From a virus (lineage: Duplodnaviria > Caudoviricetes), in the IMG/VR virus record IMGVR_UViG_3300031992_000070, positions 16,912-80,911 of that record: a DNA stretch of 64,000 nucleotides, one strand, 5' to 3'. Positions 49,889 through 60,500 of this stretch are shown here, piece by piece. The stretch's first letter is position 1; each line of letters begins with the position of its first letter. Under the pieces are notes generated by a model. The model worked only from the letters and a program-made list of their open reading frames with translations, was not told the origin of the DNA and ran no database searches. Position numbers and translations under genes: made by a program.

Positions 49889-51163
49889 TTATGCTGTTCT
49901 CGTAATGTCTACGACTACGTGATACTGCGACTCGTCAAGCACAGTTGCGTAACGTCCAATTACATCCGTATGGTAAGCCTTGAGCATACCGTTGGGAACG
50001 GTCTTGTTGATGACGTTCAGGAAGCCCTGCACCTTTGCCAGAGAGAACTCGATGTTCTTGTTCACCTCGCCAGACTTCATCAGTTCCACATCGGCAACCT
50101 GTGCGTGTACAAGTACGCCTGCATAGCCAAGAGGACGAAGAACAACAACGTTAGGATTCCAACCCTTCACGGTGTGATAGGTGGTGATACCCTGAACGGT
50201 CTGCTGTTCACGTACAATGCGGATTGGAGAAATCTTTGAGATAGCGGAACGGCTGTAAGCAACCAACTGCTCGTAGGTGATTGTGTCAACGGTTGTGGTA
50301 GAAGAACCGCTGTTGACGATAATCACCTTGTCTGGAGCGTAGAGCGCAATGTAGCGGTTTACCTCCTTGATGAATGCGGCATTCTTCAGGAGGATTTTCA
50401 CAACTGTATCCCAAGGAATATCCCACTCGAACGGTGTGCTCTCTGGGATGTTGTTTGCCTCCTTAAAGTCAAGCTCAATCTGACGCATCTGTTCGGGGAT
50501 GTCTGCGTCGGCAGCAGACCAAACCTTGGTGATAGCGTGCTTGTAGTTAGATGCAGGGATGTAAGGCGACTGATACACCTGTACACCGCTAAAGCCCTGA
50601 GTTGTCTTCGGGTTTTGTGCAGTACCAAGGTTAATCATGTTGCCATACTCACCACCTCGGCTCAGAGTCATAGCGGCCATATTGGAAACACGGAGGTTGT
50701 GCGTCTTAACCAAGTCTGCAACGCCACGTACATAGCCCTCTACCAAAGACTGGTCTGAACCAAGTTCACGAAGACGTGCCTGCAACTCCAACTTTGACAT
50801 TGATGTCTCAAAAAGTCCCTTACCATACTGGTAGATTGAACCAGTCTTCTCGGTAAATCCTTCGGCATCGAGCTGCATTGTCTCAGACAGAGGAGCCATT
50901 GCGTCTGCCATAGGAACGGTGCGGTTAATCTTCTGACGAACAGTCCAAGCTGGGTTTTTCTTCAAGTCGGCAATGTCGATGCTGTACTCGTTGCCCTCCA
51001 CACGGAAATGCTCCTGCCAGAAGAATGCGTTTTCGTCAATCTCGATTGTATTGTCGATAAGCGTCTGCAATAAACCCTGATTAGTTCCGTCGAGCAGACC
51101 GTGCTTATACAGTTTGTCGATAGCCTCATCTGGAGACCACTGGAATTTTAATGCGTTTGCCAT
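49889..51163 (-). CDS. Major capsid protein
   Basis: 424 aa, strongly biased codon usage, follows the scaffold and decoration genes. Confidence 0.8.
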   Translation of the reverse strand: MANALKFQWSPDEAIDKLYKHGLLDGTNQGLLQTLIDNTIEIDENAFFWQEHFRVEGNEYSIDIADLKKNPAWTVRQKINRTVPMADAMAPLSETMQLDAEGFTEKTGSIYQYGKGLFETSMSKLELQARLRELGSDQSLVEGYVRGVADLVKTHNLRVSNMAAMTLSRGGEYGNMINLGTAQNPKTTQGFSGVQVYQSPYIPASNYKHAITKVWSAADADIPEQMRQIELDFKEANNIPESTPFEWDIPWDTVVKILLKNAAFIKEVNRYIALYAPDKVIIVNSGSSTTTVDTITYEQLVAYSRSAISKISPIRIVREQQTVQGITTYHTVKGWNPNVVVLRPLGYAGVLVHAQVADVELMKSGEVNKNIEFSLAKVQGFLNVINKTVPNGMLKAYHTDVIGRYATVLDESQYHVVVDITRTA

Positions 51164-51181
51164 AATATAATCCTCCTTTCT

Positions 51182-51859
51182 TTAAATCCAGAAAATTCCG
51201 TCAATCAGTGAGCGGTTGTTAGCAAGCACATAAGCTGGCAGTGGCTGCATGCGGGCAATCCAAGCCTGCTTATTGTAGACGGTAGAAATAGAATAGTTAG
51301 CCTGACCATTGAGTCCAAAGCCCTCTGTGGGCATCAGGTCGCGGTCAGCCTCAATGAATGTGTTGGGCTTCGGAACAAGAACAGTAGCGGTCTCGCTTGC
51401 CGCATTACCAGCAGCCTCAACAAGTATGTCGCCTACGGCAAGTGCACCAAGGGCAACACTAAGCGTCACGGCAAACCGCTCGTTAGTCTCGTCATAAACC
51501 ACGTTAGTTACAAGTGCCGACTGACCAGTGCCAGTAGCAGTGGAAGGTGCTTTCATAATCAGCATACCAACCTCTGGGGCATCGCCATAGCCATCACCAT
51601 TGACGTAGATGGTTGTGTCTGTTGCGGCAGAGGTAGCAGTCTTAACACCGAATGAACGGAAAATCAAGCATCCCTGTGCAGGTGTGTACTGTACAAGCTG
51701 TGCAGCATACAGATGGTCGAAGCCCTTCTTTGGATTCAGGATAGTACCGCCAAGCAGTACGTTTCCGCGCTGCTCGCCGTTTGAATCCTTAACCCATACC
51801 CACTTTCCACCGCGAGTCTTCTGCGATGTTTCGTAGAAATAAGCCAAATTCGTTACCAT
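51182..51859 (-). CDS. Capsid decoration/cement protein
   Basis: Between scaffold and MCP; Ala/Thr/Val-rich, ends in GIFWI. Confidence 0.6.
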   Translation of the reverse strand: MVTNLAYFYETSQKTRGGKWVWVKDSNGEQRGNVLLGGTILNPKKGFDHLYAAQLVQYTPAQGCLIFRSFGVKTATSAATDTTIYVNGDGYGDAPEVGMLIMKAPSTATGTGQSALVTNVVYDETNERFAVTLSVALGALAVGDILVEAAGNAASETATVLVPKPNTFIEADRDLMPTEGFGLNGQANYSISTVYNKQAWIARMQPLPAYVLANNRSLIDGIFWI

Positions 51860-51888
51860 AATCTTTTTAATCTTTAGTTATTAAAAGT

Positions 51889-52521
51889 TTAACATACCTT
51901 TATTTTAGGCAAGGACTCAAGGAACTCTTTTTCCTGTTTCTGCGTCTGCTTTGGAGCGAGAGGTTTTATATCGCCAATCGAATCCTTAAAGATGTCCTGA
52001 AAACGGGTTGTCAATCTCTTTGCCTGTTCCTCGTCCGTCTCATCCAAGTTGACCGCAAAATCCGTCGCATAGTTTTCAAACGACTTATGCAGGTCTTCCC
52101 GAATGCCCTTTTTTGCAAGTGCCAAAACCGCCTTGTACTTGTCTTGTTTGCGCTGTGCATCCTTGAACTTTTCCAATTCATCGAGTTTGTCTTGTAATTC
52201 CTTGGGAATCTCAACCTCTTTTTCTTTTGGCTTCTTTGCAAGTTTCTTGGTCAACTCCTCAATCTGACGTGTTAATTCGGATTTCTCCGAGTCGTAAATA
52301 GTCTGCTTCTTTGCAAGACCTTTGACTGCTGCACTTCTGGCTGTGTCAAGATTGAACTTGATTTCGTCATCAATACCATCGTCATCAATACCTGCATCGG
52401 GATGTCTTTTTACAAAAAAATCCGCAAACTTTTCCTTAAACTCGTCAGTAAGTGTCTCGCCGTCGTAACTTCTCTCGTTACAGTAATCGTTTGCTCTCTG
52501 CAAAACTTCTTCTTTTGTCAT
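51889..52521 (-). CDS. Capsid scaffolding protein
   Basis: Charged coiled-coil protein at the head of the capsid operon. Confidence 0.6.
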   Translation of the reverse strand: MTKEEVLQRANDYCNERSYDGETLTDEFKEKFADFFVKRHPDAGIDDDGIDDEIKFNLDTARSAAVKGLAKKQTIYDSEKSELTRQIEELTKKLAKKPKEKEVEIPKELQDKLDELEKFKDAQRKQDKYKAVLALAKKGIREDLHKSFENYATDFAVNLDETDEEQAKRLTTRFQDIFKDSIGDIKPLAPKQTQKQEKEFLESLPKIKVC

Positions 52522-52556
52522 AGTTCTCTCCTATTTTAAAGTGTAAAACAAATTGT

Positions 52557-52686
52557 TTGTGCAAAAATAGTAATAAGGTGTAATCATTAAAAATTATTTT
52601 GGCACACATTTCGTTTACAAGATACAAAAGAAAACGAACTTTCCATTGTATCATAATGAAACACATTGTTTCAATGTGTATCTTTG
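52557..52686. promoter_or_regulatory. Divergent promoters for the head-tail and terminase operons
   Basis: Minus strand TATTTTTG (~52563-52570) and plus strand TATCTTTG (~52679-52686). Confidence 0.6.
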
Positions 52687-52706
52687 CAACGAGAAATTTC
52701 TTTAAC

Positions 52707-54482
52707 ATGGCTAGAAAACGTAATGACATAGTGTTATCTCCATTGGAGGATGGCAACCAGAAATACGCCATTCGTTCCAATGCTGATTTTGTTGTACTTG
52801 CTGGGCCGACTGGCTCTGGTAAGACATACGCACTGTACTATGCCCCAATCGAATATCTTGCCATGAACGACAATGCAAAAATTGTCTGTTTTATGCGTAA
52901 CGTGTCGGATTTCTGGGGTGCTGGAAAGGTTAGTGACACGGTAAAGTCAATGTATCCGCTTGTAGACCGTTCCGTAAAGCGTCAGCCGCACGACCCGATA
53001 GGAGAGATTATACGTAAGCAAGAGGATATGGGTATGAAGCTGTACAACGGAAGCGAACTTAAATTCCAGCAGCTTGACAACGAGAACCCGATAGTCCTTG
53101 ATAAGATTGCAAAAGGTTTGCAGGCAAAAAAACTTATCTTTGATGAGGCCAATAAATTCGCTTGGCGAACAATAACGACATTTATGCCGCGTCTGCGTTC
53201 CGATAGTGCTGGTAAGGCACAGATATACCTTGCGCAGAATCCAGAACGCGAATGCCCGCTACGCAAGATATGCGGAAAAGGCGAACATGGCGGCGGGTGG
53301 ATAAATGACGATGGCACTGTTGATGCATCTATGGATGGAGTCGTTATGTTCTTCTATATGCACGAAGGTGATATGGACAAGATGTATTGGGGGCGTACCA
53401 AGCGTGAAGTCTATGAGAAATGTAAAGACCTTATAGATATGCGTATGGAACAAGACCCCGATATGACATACGAGGATTTCATTCTTTCTATGGTGTTCTT
53501 CACATTCGACATACGCGACAACAAGAAGATGCTTGCAAAGAACAAGTCTTATCGTGGCATGACTGCAAACTCTGCAACGGCAGCATCGTCATACGCAAAC
53601 AACTGGAACTATTCAATTACGGATGAACAGACCAACGAGGATGACTTGTTGAACGTTGAGCTTACGACTACAGACGTTGAACGTATGTTCCGTCCATCGC
53701 AAGTTCCTACAAACAGTGAGCTGTTAAAACGCCGCATGACAATGGATATGGCGACAACAGGATTCGATAACCTTATATTCAAGTATTGGGAATTGTGGTC
53801 GCATTACGGATGGATATGCCGTGATTTCAAATACTGCATCAACAACAAGAACAGGGATGCAGTTATAATGGCTATTGATTTCCGTGACAAGCACAATCTG
53901 CAAGAAAAGGATATGATTATAGACGTGCAGGGATTTGGCTATCTTGAAGAATGCTTTCCAAGGGCAACGTCTATAAGTGGCGCAAAAGCACCGACAAACA
54001 GGAGTAAGGCGCAGTTCAGGGCATTCAAGGATGAAATGGCTCATGTGGCAATGGAAATGATTCAGAGCGGACTTATACACTATGAGCCAAGCCTTGCAAA
54101 TGCTCATTACAACCACAAGAACATGAAACGTGAGGGCGGCACGACACTGATGAAACACATGGTATTTGAAAGCCGAATCTTCCAGTTTCAGAAAACACCG
54201 AACGGTCGCATAGAGATGATGCCAAAGGAAAAGATGAAAACCATACTTAAAGGTATGTCACCAGACCTTTTTGACAACGTTATTCTTCTGTGCGGTGGAA
54301 CAATATATGATTGTTATAGAATGCTGCGTGACGATGCTGGTGTGATACGCAAGAAGATGCAAGCGGAGGATATGCTCGCCATGTTGAATGTGAATGGTGA
54401 AGATGTTGTAGACACAAGAATACAGCGTCCGAAAAAGATAAGGAATGCAAGTGAAATTTTAAATGTTTTATCAACGATATGA
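52707..54482 (+). CDS. terL: Terminase large subunit
   Basis: Walker A GPTGSGKT, Walker B LIFDEA, motif III AQNP, nuclease TMDMA...SPDLFDN; start MARKRND. Confidence 0.9.
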   Translation: MARKRNDIVLSPLEDGNQKYAIRSNADFVVLAGPTGSGKTYALYYAPIEYLAMNDNAKIVCFMRNVSDFWGAGKVSDTVKSMYPLVDRSVKRQPHDPIGEIIRKQEDMGMKLYNGSELKFQQLDNENPIVLDKIAKGLQAKKLIFDEANKFAWRTITTFMPRLRSDSAGKAQIYLAQNPERECPLRKICGKGEHGGGWINDDGTVDASMDGVVMFFYMHEGDMDKMYWGRTKREVYEKCKDLIDMRMEQDPDMTYEDFILSMVFFTFDIRDNKKMLAKNKSYRGMTANSATAASSYANNWNYSITDEQTNEDDLLNVELTTTDVERMFRPSQVPTNSELLKRRMTMDMATTGFDNLIFKYWELWSHYGWICRDFKYCINNKNRDAVIMAIDFRDKHNLQEKDMIIDVQGFGYLEECFPRATSISGAKAPTNRSKAQFRAFKDEMAHVAMEMIQSGLIHYEPSLANAHYNHKNMKREGGTTLMKHMVFESRIFQFQKTPNGRIEMMPKEKMKTILKGMSPDLFDNVILLCGGTIYDCYRMLRDDAGVIRKKMQAEDMLAMLNVNGEDVVDTRIQRPKKIRNASEILNVLSTI

Positions 54483-55999
54483 TTAGAGAACATAACATCA
54501 AATGGTTTATGGAAGACCCCACAAGGCTTATGCTTATGAAGCCTTTTACCCGTGGAGGCAGTATGAAATCGCACGGATATGAAGGGGAGGATGTACTTAA
54601 CAACACGTTCCTTAACACAGGATTTGCAAATCTTGGGCTTCGACCTATTTCACAGGACACATACATTACGGAATACAGGCCAGACCTCCATCACATTATA
54701 CTGAATCAGTCAATACCGCACATCAAGGTTGTAATCAACGGCACGGAGCTGCCATCAAACCTTATTAATATTACACAGACGTGTTCATTCCAAAAACTGA
54801 TACACTCTGCGCATGTACGCAACCTTACGGCAAACCCGCTTGAGTTCACCCTTTGCAACCAAGAGCCAGACGAAAGTGAAACAAAGGCTTTTAGCGACGT
54901 GAAACAGGAATGGCTTTGGCGCGACTGTGAGTGGAACAAGTATATGTCGATAAATATATGCAAACAGCTTGGAAATTGCGGAACGCTATTCTTCTACGAC
55001 AAGTCATCTGGCAAATACGGGATAAAGAACTACTCCTATGAGGACGGCTATCAGATTGTACCGAACTACGACGAATACGGCATTGAAATTGCACGTTCGC
55101 TCTTCTATGAGGTTGACGGAAATGTCGTCATAGACACCTACGACACAAAGAACCATTATCATATAACAAAAGGACTGGAAAACAACTGGGAGATAGAGGT
55201 TGAACGTCACGGATTCTCACGTTGCCCGTTATTGCATAAGCGCGGAAAGGTAGCTTGGGAATATGCAGAATCCTCATGCGAGATGTGGGAACTTATGGCA
55301 AACATACAGGCAATCGCCCTAAAGCGTTTCGGAACTTTTGCGCTTGTGTTTACTGGCGACATGGATGCAGATTCATTCAAAAGGGATTCAAGCACACTGA
55401 TTATCAATCTTTCAAGTGACACGTCAAACGGAAAGCAGGATGCAAAGGTGCTTGAGTTCCCAGAGCCGCAGACGATGGACGGATACCTCAAGACCTTGGA
55501 AGAGAAGATTTCGCTATTTAGTTCTACGTCTTTTATTACGCCAAAGGACATCACCGCGACCAACAGTGGAGGCAACGGTATTGCGCTTGCAATGTCAAAC
55601 GACTATGCACTTGCTACCCAGTCATCTTTGGACTGGCAGCGTTTTATGAACGACATGGTATATCTGCATCAGGAGGGTCTTGACCTTGAACTCAACAACG
55701 GTGCTGCAAAATATGCAAAGCTTAAAATTGGCGCAAAGATTGTGCCTTGGTCGCTTGAAACGAACAACACCAAGATTCTTAACCTACAGATGGAATCACA
55801 GTGGCTGTCTACGCGTACAATCATAGAACGCTCTCCAGACCGAGCACCTGATGAGGAACAGCGCATTATCGAGGAACGCGGAGCACTTGTACCTTTAAGT
55901 TCTTCTAAAACCGTTGACCAAGAAAAGGCCGCAAACATAACAAGAAACAATAGTAACGAAATAATCGACAACCGAGCAAATACTGGCTTGGATGCGTAG
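54479..55999 (+). CDS. Portal protein (SPP1-like)
   Basis: 506 aa following terL; SGGNGIALAM motif and typical portal C-terminus. Confidence 0.85.
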   Translation: MIREHNIKWFMEDPTRLMLMKPFTRGGSMKSHGYEGEDVLNNTFLNTGFANLGLRPISQDTYITEYRPDLHHIILNQSIPHIKVVINGTELPSNLINITQTCSFQKLIHSAHVRNLTANPLEFTLCNQEPDESETKAFSDVKQEWLWRDCEWNKYMSINICKQLGNCGTLFFYDKSSGKYGIKNYSYEDGYQIVPNYDEYGIEIARSLFYEVDGNVVIDTYDTKNHYHITKGLENNWEIEVERHGFSRCPLLHKRGKVAWEYAESSCEMWELMANIQAIALKRFGTFALVFTGDMDADSFKRDSSTLIINLSSDTSNGKQDAKVLEFPEPQTMDGYLKTLEEKISLFSSTSFITPKDITATNSGGNGIALAMSNDYALATQSSLDWQRFMNDMVYLHQEGLDLELNNGAAKYAKLKIGAKIVPWSLETNNTKILNLQMESQWLSTRTIIERSPDRAPDEEQRIIEERGALVPLSSSKTVDQEKAANITRNNSNEIIDNRANTGLDA

Positions 56000-56007
56000 G
56001 GGATAGT

Positions 56008-56472
56008 ATGGAAGGTACGGAAATATACACACTGATAAGCACCATATTAACGCTTATATGCGGTGGAGGGTGGTTTATTAACTGGCGTGCAAAGAAACGG
56101 AAGGAAACGGCAGAGGCTCGTCAGACAGAACTCAATGCCACCATTACTGAGCAGGATATGTATCAGCAGATGCTGCAAGATATAGAGGGTCACAACGAAA
56201 GGCTGCGTCGATACAACTCCGAGATAAGCGACGAATGCGAACAATTACGGAAACGTGTTGCTGAAAACGAAAACAAGATACGCGAACAGGATGAGAAGAT
56301 ACGGGAGTATGATAAGAAACTGACTTCACAGGACAACAAGATAGAGTCACTTGAACATCGGCTTGAACTCGTAACCGAAATGATGTGCGGAAAGTCAAAC
56401 TGCATGCAGCGCACAAAGGTTTTCCTGAGTCCCGTTGACGATGATAGTTTTACGACAAGAAAAGACAAATAG
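56008..56472 (+). CDS. Holin-like membrane protein with coiled coil
   Basis: One N-terminal TM helix plus coiled coil, directly upstream of the putative lysin. Confidence 0.5.
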   Translation: MEGTEIYTLISTILTLICGGGWFINWRAKKRKETAEARQTELNATITEQDMYQQMLQDIEGHNERLRRYNSEISDECEQLRKRVAENENKIREQDEKIREYDKKLTSQDNKIESLEHRLELVTEMMCGKSNCMQRTKVFLSPVDDDSFTTRKDK

Positions 56473-56474
56473 CT

Positions 56475-56918
56475 ATGGAACTGTTGCTTAAAAGAATTGC
56501 AAGAAAACCGACATACACAATAGGTAGGCTATACGTAAACAATGTGTATGTGTGTGATGTGCTTGAAGACTATGACCGCATCTATTTTGGCGGTTCTAAA
56601 GTTGCTGGCAAGACGGCAATTCCTTGCGGAAGGTATGAGGTTCTGTTAAACAACTATTCGCCAAAATTCGGCAATAGAGAACCTTACAAGTCGCTTTGTG
56701 GAGGGTGCGTGCCGCTAATTAGCAACATTCCGAATTTCAGCGGTGTACGCATACACATAGGGAATACTGAGAACGACACCGACGGCTGTATCTTGGTGGG
56801 CAAAAACACCGTAGTAGGGCGCGTAACAGACTCTAAGGCGACATTTACGATGCTTATGAACAAATACCTTACACCAGCTAGGAACAGGAAGGAAAAAGTG
56901 TATATAACTATAAAATAA
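56475..56918 (+). CDS. DUF5675-family protein, putative endolysin
   Basis: TIGRLY..LED..TAIP.GRY..IRIH.GN...DTDGCILVG; located in the lysis cassette. Confidence 0.75.
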   Translation: MELLLKRIARKPTYTIGRLYVNNVYVCDVLEDYDRIYFGGSKVAGKTAIPCGRYEVLLNNYSPKFGNREPYKSLCGGCVPLISNIPNFSGVRIHIGNTENDTDGCILVGKNTVVGRVTDSKATFTMLMNKYLTPARNRKEKVYITIK

Positions 56919-56925
56919 TACTCGT

Positions 56926-57534
56926 ATGAAATGGAATAACGGATGTTTCACAAGGCTTTGGAATGAATGCTATTACACAACCAACCGTGGTTGCGGAATG
57001 CCTTTGTATGCGATAATAATCGTTTCAATGTTGTTTATTCTATGCTCTTGCGCAACAAAGCGGAAATCGGTTGAAACAAGCAAGACCAAGACGGAAACCG
57101 TCAAAAGCACGAAAGAGAACACGTCCGCAAAAACCGACTCTTCATCAACCGTACATATTGTAAACATAAAGGATACGGAAAAGACCAACACCGAAAAGAA
57201 CATCGAGAAATCCGACTCAACGGTAATCACGGTTGATTCAAGCGGCAATGTAATAAAGCATGAAGTATGGCACAACAGAAAGGAAACCACATCAAGCAAC
57301 CGTGAATATGAAAGGCTTCTGAAAGATTCCATAGCAAGTCTCAGGCTTGTAAGGGATACGCTTGAATACTATAGGGAAATATGTGATTCTCTGCTAGAAA
57401 ACGATTTTCACAGAGAATATACTGTTGTCGAAAAGCAAAAAATTCCTAAATGGTGCTACTATTGTTTGGGAATATGTATAATTATATCTATATTTGCAAT
57501 CGTAAAAATAGTGTTATGGCTCAGGAAACGATAG
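56926..57534 (+). CDS. Putative unimolecular spanin
   Basis: Lipobox-like ILCSC near the N-terminus and a C-terminal TM helix (WCYYCLGICIIISIFAIVKIVLWLRKR). Confidence 0.65.
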   Translation: MKWNNGCFTRLWNECYYTTNRGCGMPLYAIIIVSMLFILCSCATKRKSVETSKTKTETVKSTKENTSAKTDSSSTVHIVNIKDTEKTNTEKNIEKSDSTVITVDSSGNVIKHEVWHNRKETTSSNREYERLLKDSIASLRLVRDTLEYYREICDSLLENDFHREYTVVEKQKIPKWCYYCLGICIIISIFAIVKIVLWLRKR

Positions 57535-60500
57535 GACAGAACATAACGTTCGAGATATACAACGCTGACGGCACGTCGTTCAACGGTCTTGTGCTACACA
57601 AGTCAACGTTTGAAAGTGTCGTTATGTCACTTGGCGACAAGATTACTGGCGATGTCTACTATCCTACAAACGCGCTTGTCGTGACGATGCAGGAATACAT
57701 CGTGTACAAAGGTGTGAAATACTCGCTTGTAAACCCGCCTACGATAGTTCGTGAAGGTATGGCAAGCGACAATTCCGAATTGAAAGGAATGACAAAATAC
57801 TCGTTCACTTTCTACCACCCGATGTACATGCTTGCGAATTTCCCGTTTTCTGATGTTGCCGTAAGTTCAGACCAGAGGCGTTATCTTTCAGAAAACAAGA
57901 CTTTTTACTGGATAGGAAACCTTGTGGACTATGTTGCAAAGCTCAACAAGAATCTAGAAGGTACGGAGTGGTGTGTAGAGATTGGAACGACAGTTCCTTC
58001 GGAAGAGCGTACAAAGTTGAGCGAAGTGCTTTCGTTTGACAAGCAGACGATTGCTGATGCTTTGAAAACGGGATACGAAACATGGGAAGTGCCCTATGTC
58101 ATAGACACGATAGCATCAACAGATTCAAGATACTTACAAGGGAAACGTTTCTTGGTGCATTTTGGTCTGCCATCGGAGGAGATTCTTGTTGAAAATGAAC
58201 AGCACGAACTTGTTCCATTTGTGTTCCATTTTGGTCAGGGTGTTGGACTAAAGAATAATTCACGCACTCCGCGCAACAACAAGATTGTGACGCGTATTGC
58301 TGGATATGGAAGCGAAACGAACGTGCCGTATGGATACCCGCAGATTCGATGGATTGGCGATGCCTCTTGGGATTTTACAATAAACAACGATTCGGATGAC
58401 CCGCATAGTTACCCGATATATGACGGCATAATGAACGGTGAACCCGTGCGTCTTATCAAGCATCCGTTTACACGTAGTACACTGATGCCAAGTATCTATT
58501 ACGATACCGTCAACAAAAAGGTCAACCCTTATGCAACTGGCTACAACCCGTCAATTGAGATAAAGGACTACTACGATGCTGACAACACGTATGAAAATCC
58601 GATAAACCCACTTGAGCCATCTTATGAGATTCATGAGTTTGAAAAGATAAAGCCAGAACTCGGACAGAAATCTATAACTGGCGTTGCAGCATACAGCGAC
58701 AAGGATTTGGAAGCGATTAGCCTTGCATCGTTCCTCAACATTCTTGACGGATTCCAAACGGAATCAGAGTTCACAAAGGAAAAGGAAGAAATTGACAAAA
58801 TATCAAGCACGATAGGAACGATGCAGTCCAATAGCGGTAGCGTAAACACGCGCTCATACTATTGCAACTGGTCTTTCACGAAGGACGAAAGGTATGCCTA
58901 TGTGAAGTTTGATTCAAATTCAATTAACTTTGAATATACCGTACTTATGGTAAGCCCGTCACAGAGCGTTGAATGGGATGACTCTATGGACGGTGACGGA
59001 AATTACAAGCAAAGCTATTTCAAGATAACTCTGCCGCAGCTTGACTTTGACCTTTATGCATGCGCCGCTATCACGCAGGATATGAAGATAAATATGCGTA
59101 GCGGTGCTTGTCTTGGATGTTCATTTCCTGTTGCGGTTGACTGGGAGGACTACAAGGCAAATTTCTACGACGAAGACGGTAATTTTGACCCAGATGGTTC
59201 ACAGCGCGACTTTGAAAAGTACCCTAATAGCTTGCGAGGAAGCATAACGCTTGTTGTTCAGAAAGACATAGACACGTTCGGTACTCTGATGCCTAACAGG
59301 TATCAGAAGCCTGCCGCAAACGATGAGTTTGTTATTCTTGGAATATCCTTACCGTACACATACGTCGTAGCTGCCGAAGAGCGGCTTGACGATGATATGA
59401 AGCAGTACATGCGGGACAACAACGTGTATTACTTTGACTACCCGCTTAAATTTGACGAGCATTTCCTTGCCACTCATACTGGAATATTGGAGCAGATGAA
59501 GCCGAACATCGTTGTTCGTTTCGATTATGCAGGGACTACGCATGCGCTATACATAAAGCAGATGTCGGTAAAGTTTTGGCAATCACCATTGCCGCAGTAC
59601 GACATTACGCTTACGGATGATGTTGAAATTGTACTTAACCAGATTGGCCGCGTTACAGATGAAGTTTCGCACCTTCGCGTTCTTCTCGGACAGGGAGGAG
59701 GCTCGGTTGACTTGAGCGCATTAGACCAGCGTTATCTGTCGAAGATTAGCGATGACAAGGCAAAAGGGCTTATCACATTTATTCGCGGCCTCCAGATAGG
59801 CGAGAACTTTGTAAGCGGTCTTTTGGGTGAAGGAGGCATATTCAGAAGAGATGCGGACGGAACTACATACCTTGAAACAGACAAGCTCTATGTCCGCATG
59901 CGTGCATATTTTGATACCGTTGAAGTAAGAAGGTACATCCACAGCGGAGGTAACAGGATAGCATCAAAGGCAGGCATCAAGTGTACTCGCGTAGAGTATA
60001 TAGACGAAAACGGCAATATTACAAACGATGCAGATGATGCGGTAAAGTTCCGCTGCTATTTCCGTGCAAACGACAACGGTGTAACAATAACAAATGACTT
60101 TGAGGTAAACGACCTAGCTTTCTGCAAGGAAACGAACGTCGATACAGAAAGCATCAACCAACACGGGTATTGGCGCAAGGTTGTCGGCGTAGGCAATACC
60201 GTTTCAGATGAAGGAGAACTTTACATAGACTTGTCTGCATCCGACTGCCAAAGCGGTTCAGACATTCCTATTGCGCAGGATGATATTATTCAGCTTGGCA
60301 ATACAACCGACACTACACGCCAAGGCGCAATTGTTGAATACGTAGGTGGAGAGGATGCTCCAGCATATCAGATATACCAAGGAATAAACTCTTACTCCTT
60401 AAACAACAAGAACTACGTCCGCTTCGGCTATGACTCGGAGTCTGGCGGTGCACAGGCATTCATCGGCAACCCAGATGGCAGCACATACCTTTGGTATCAC

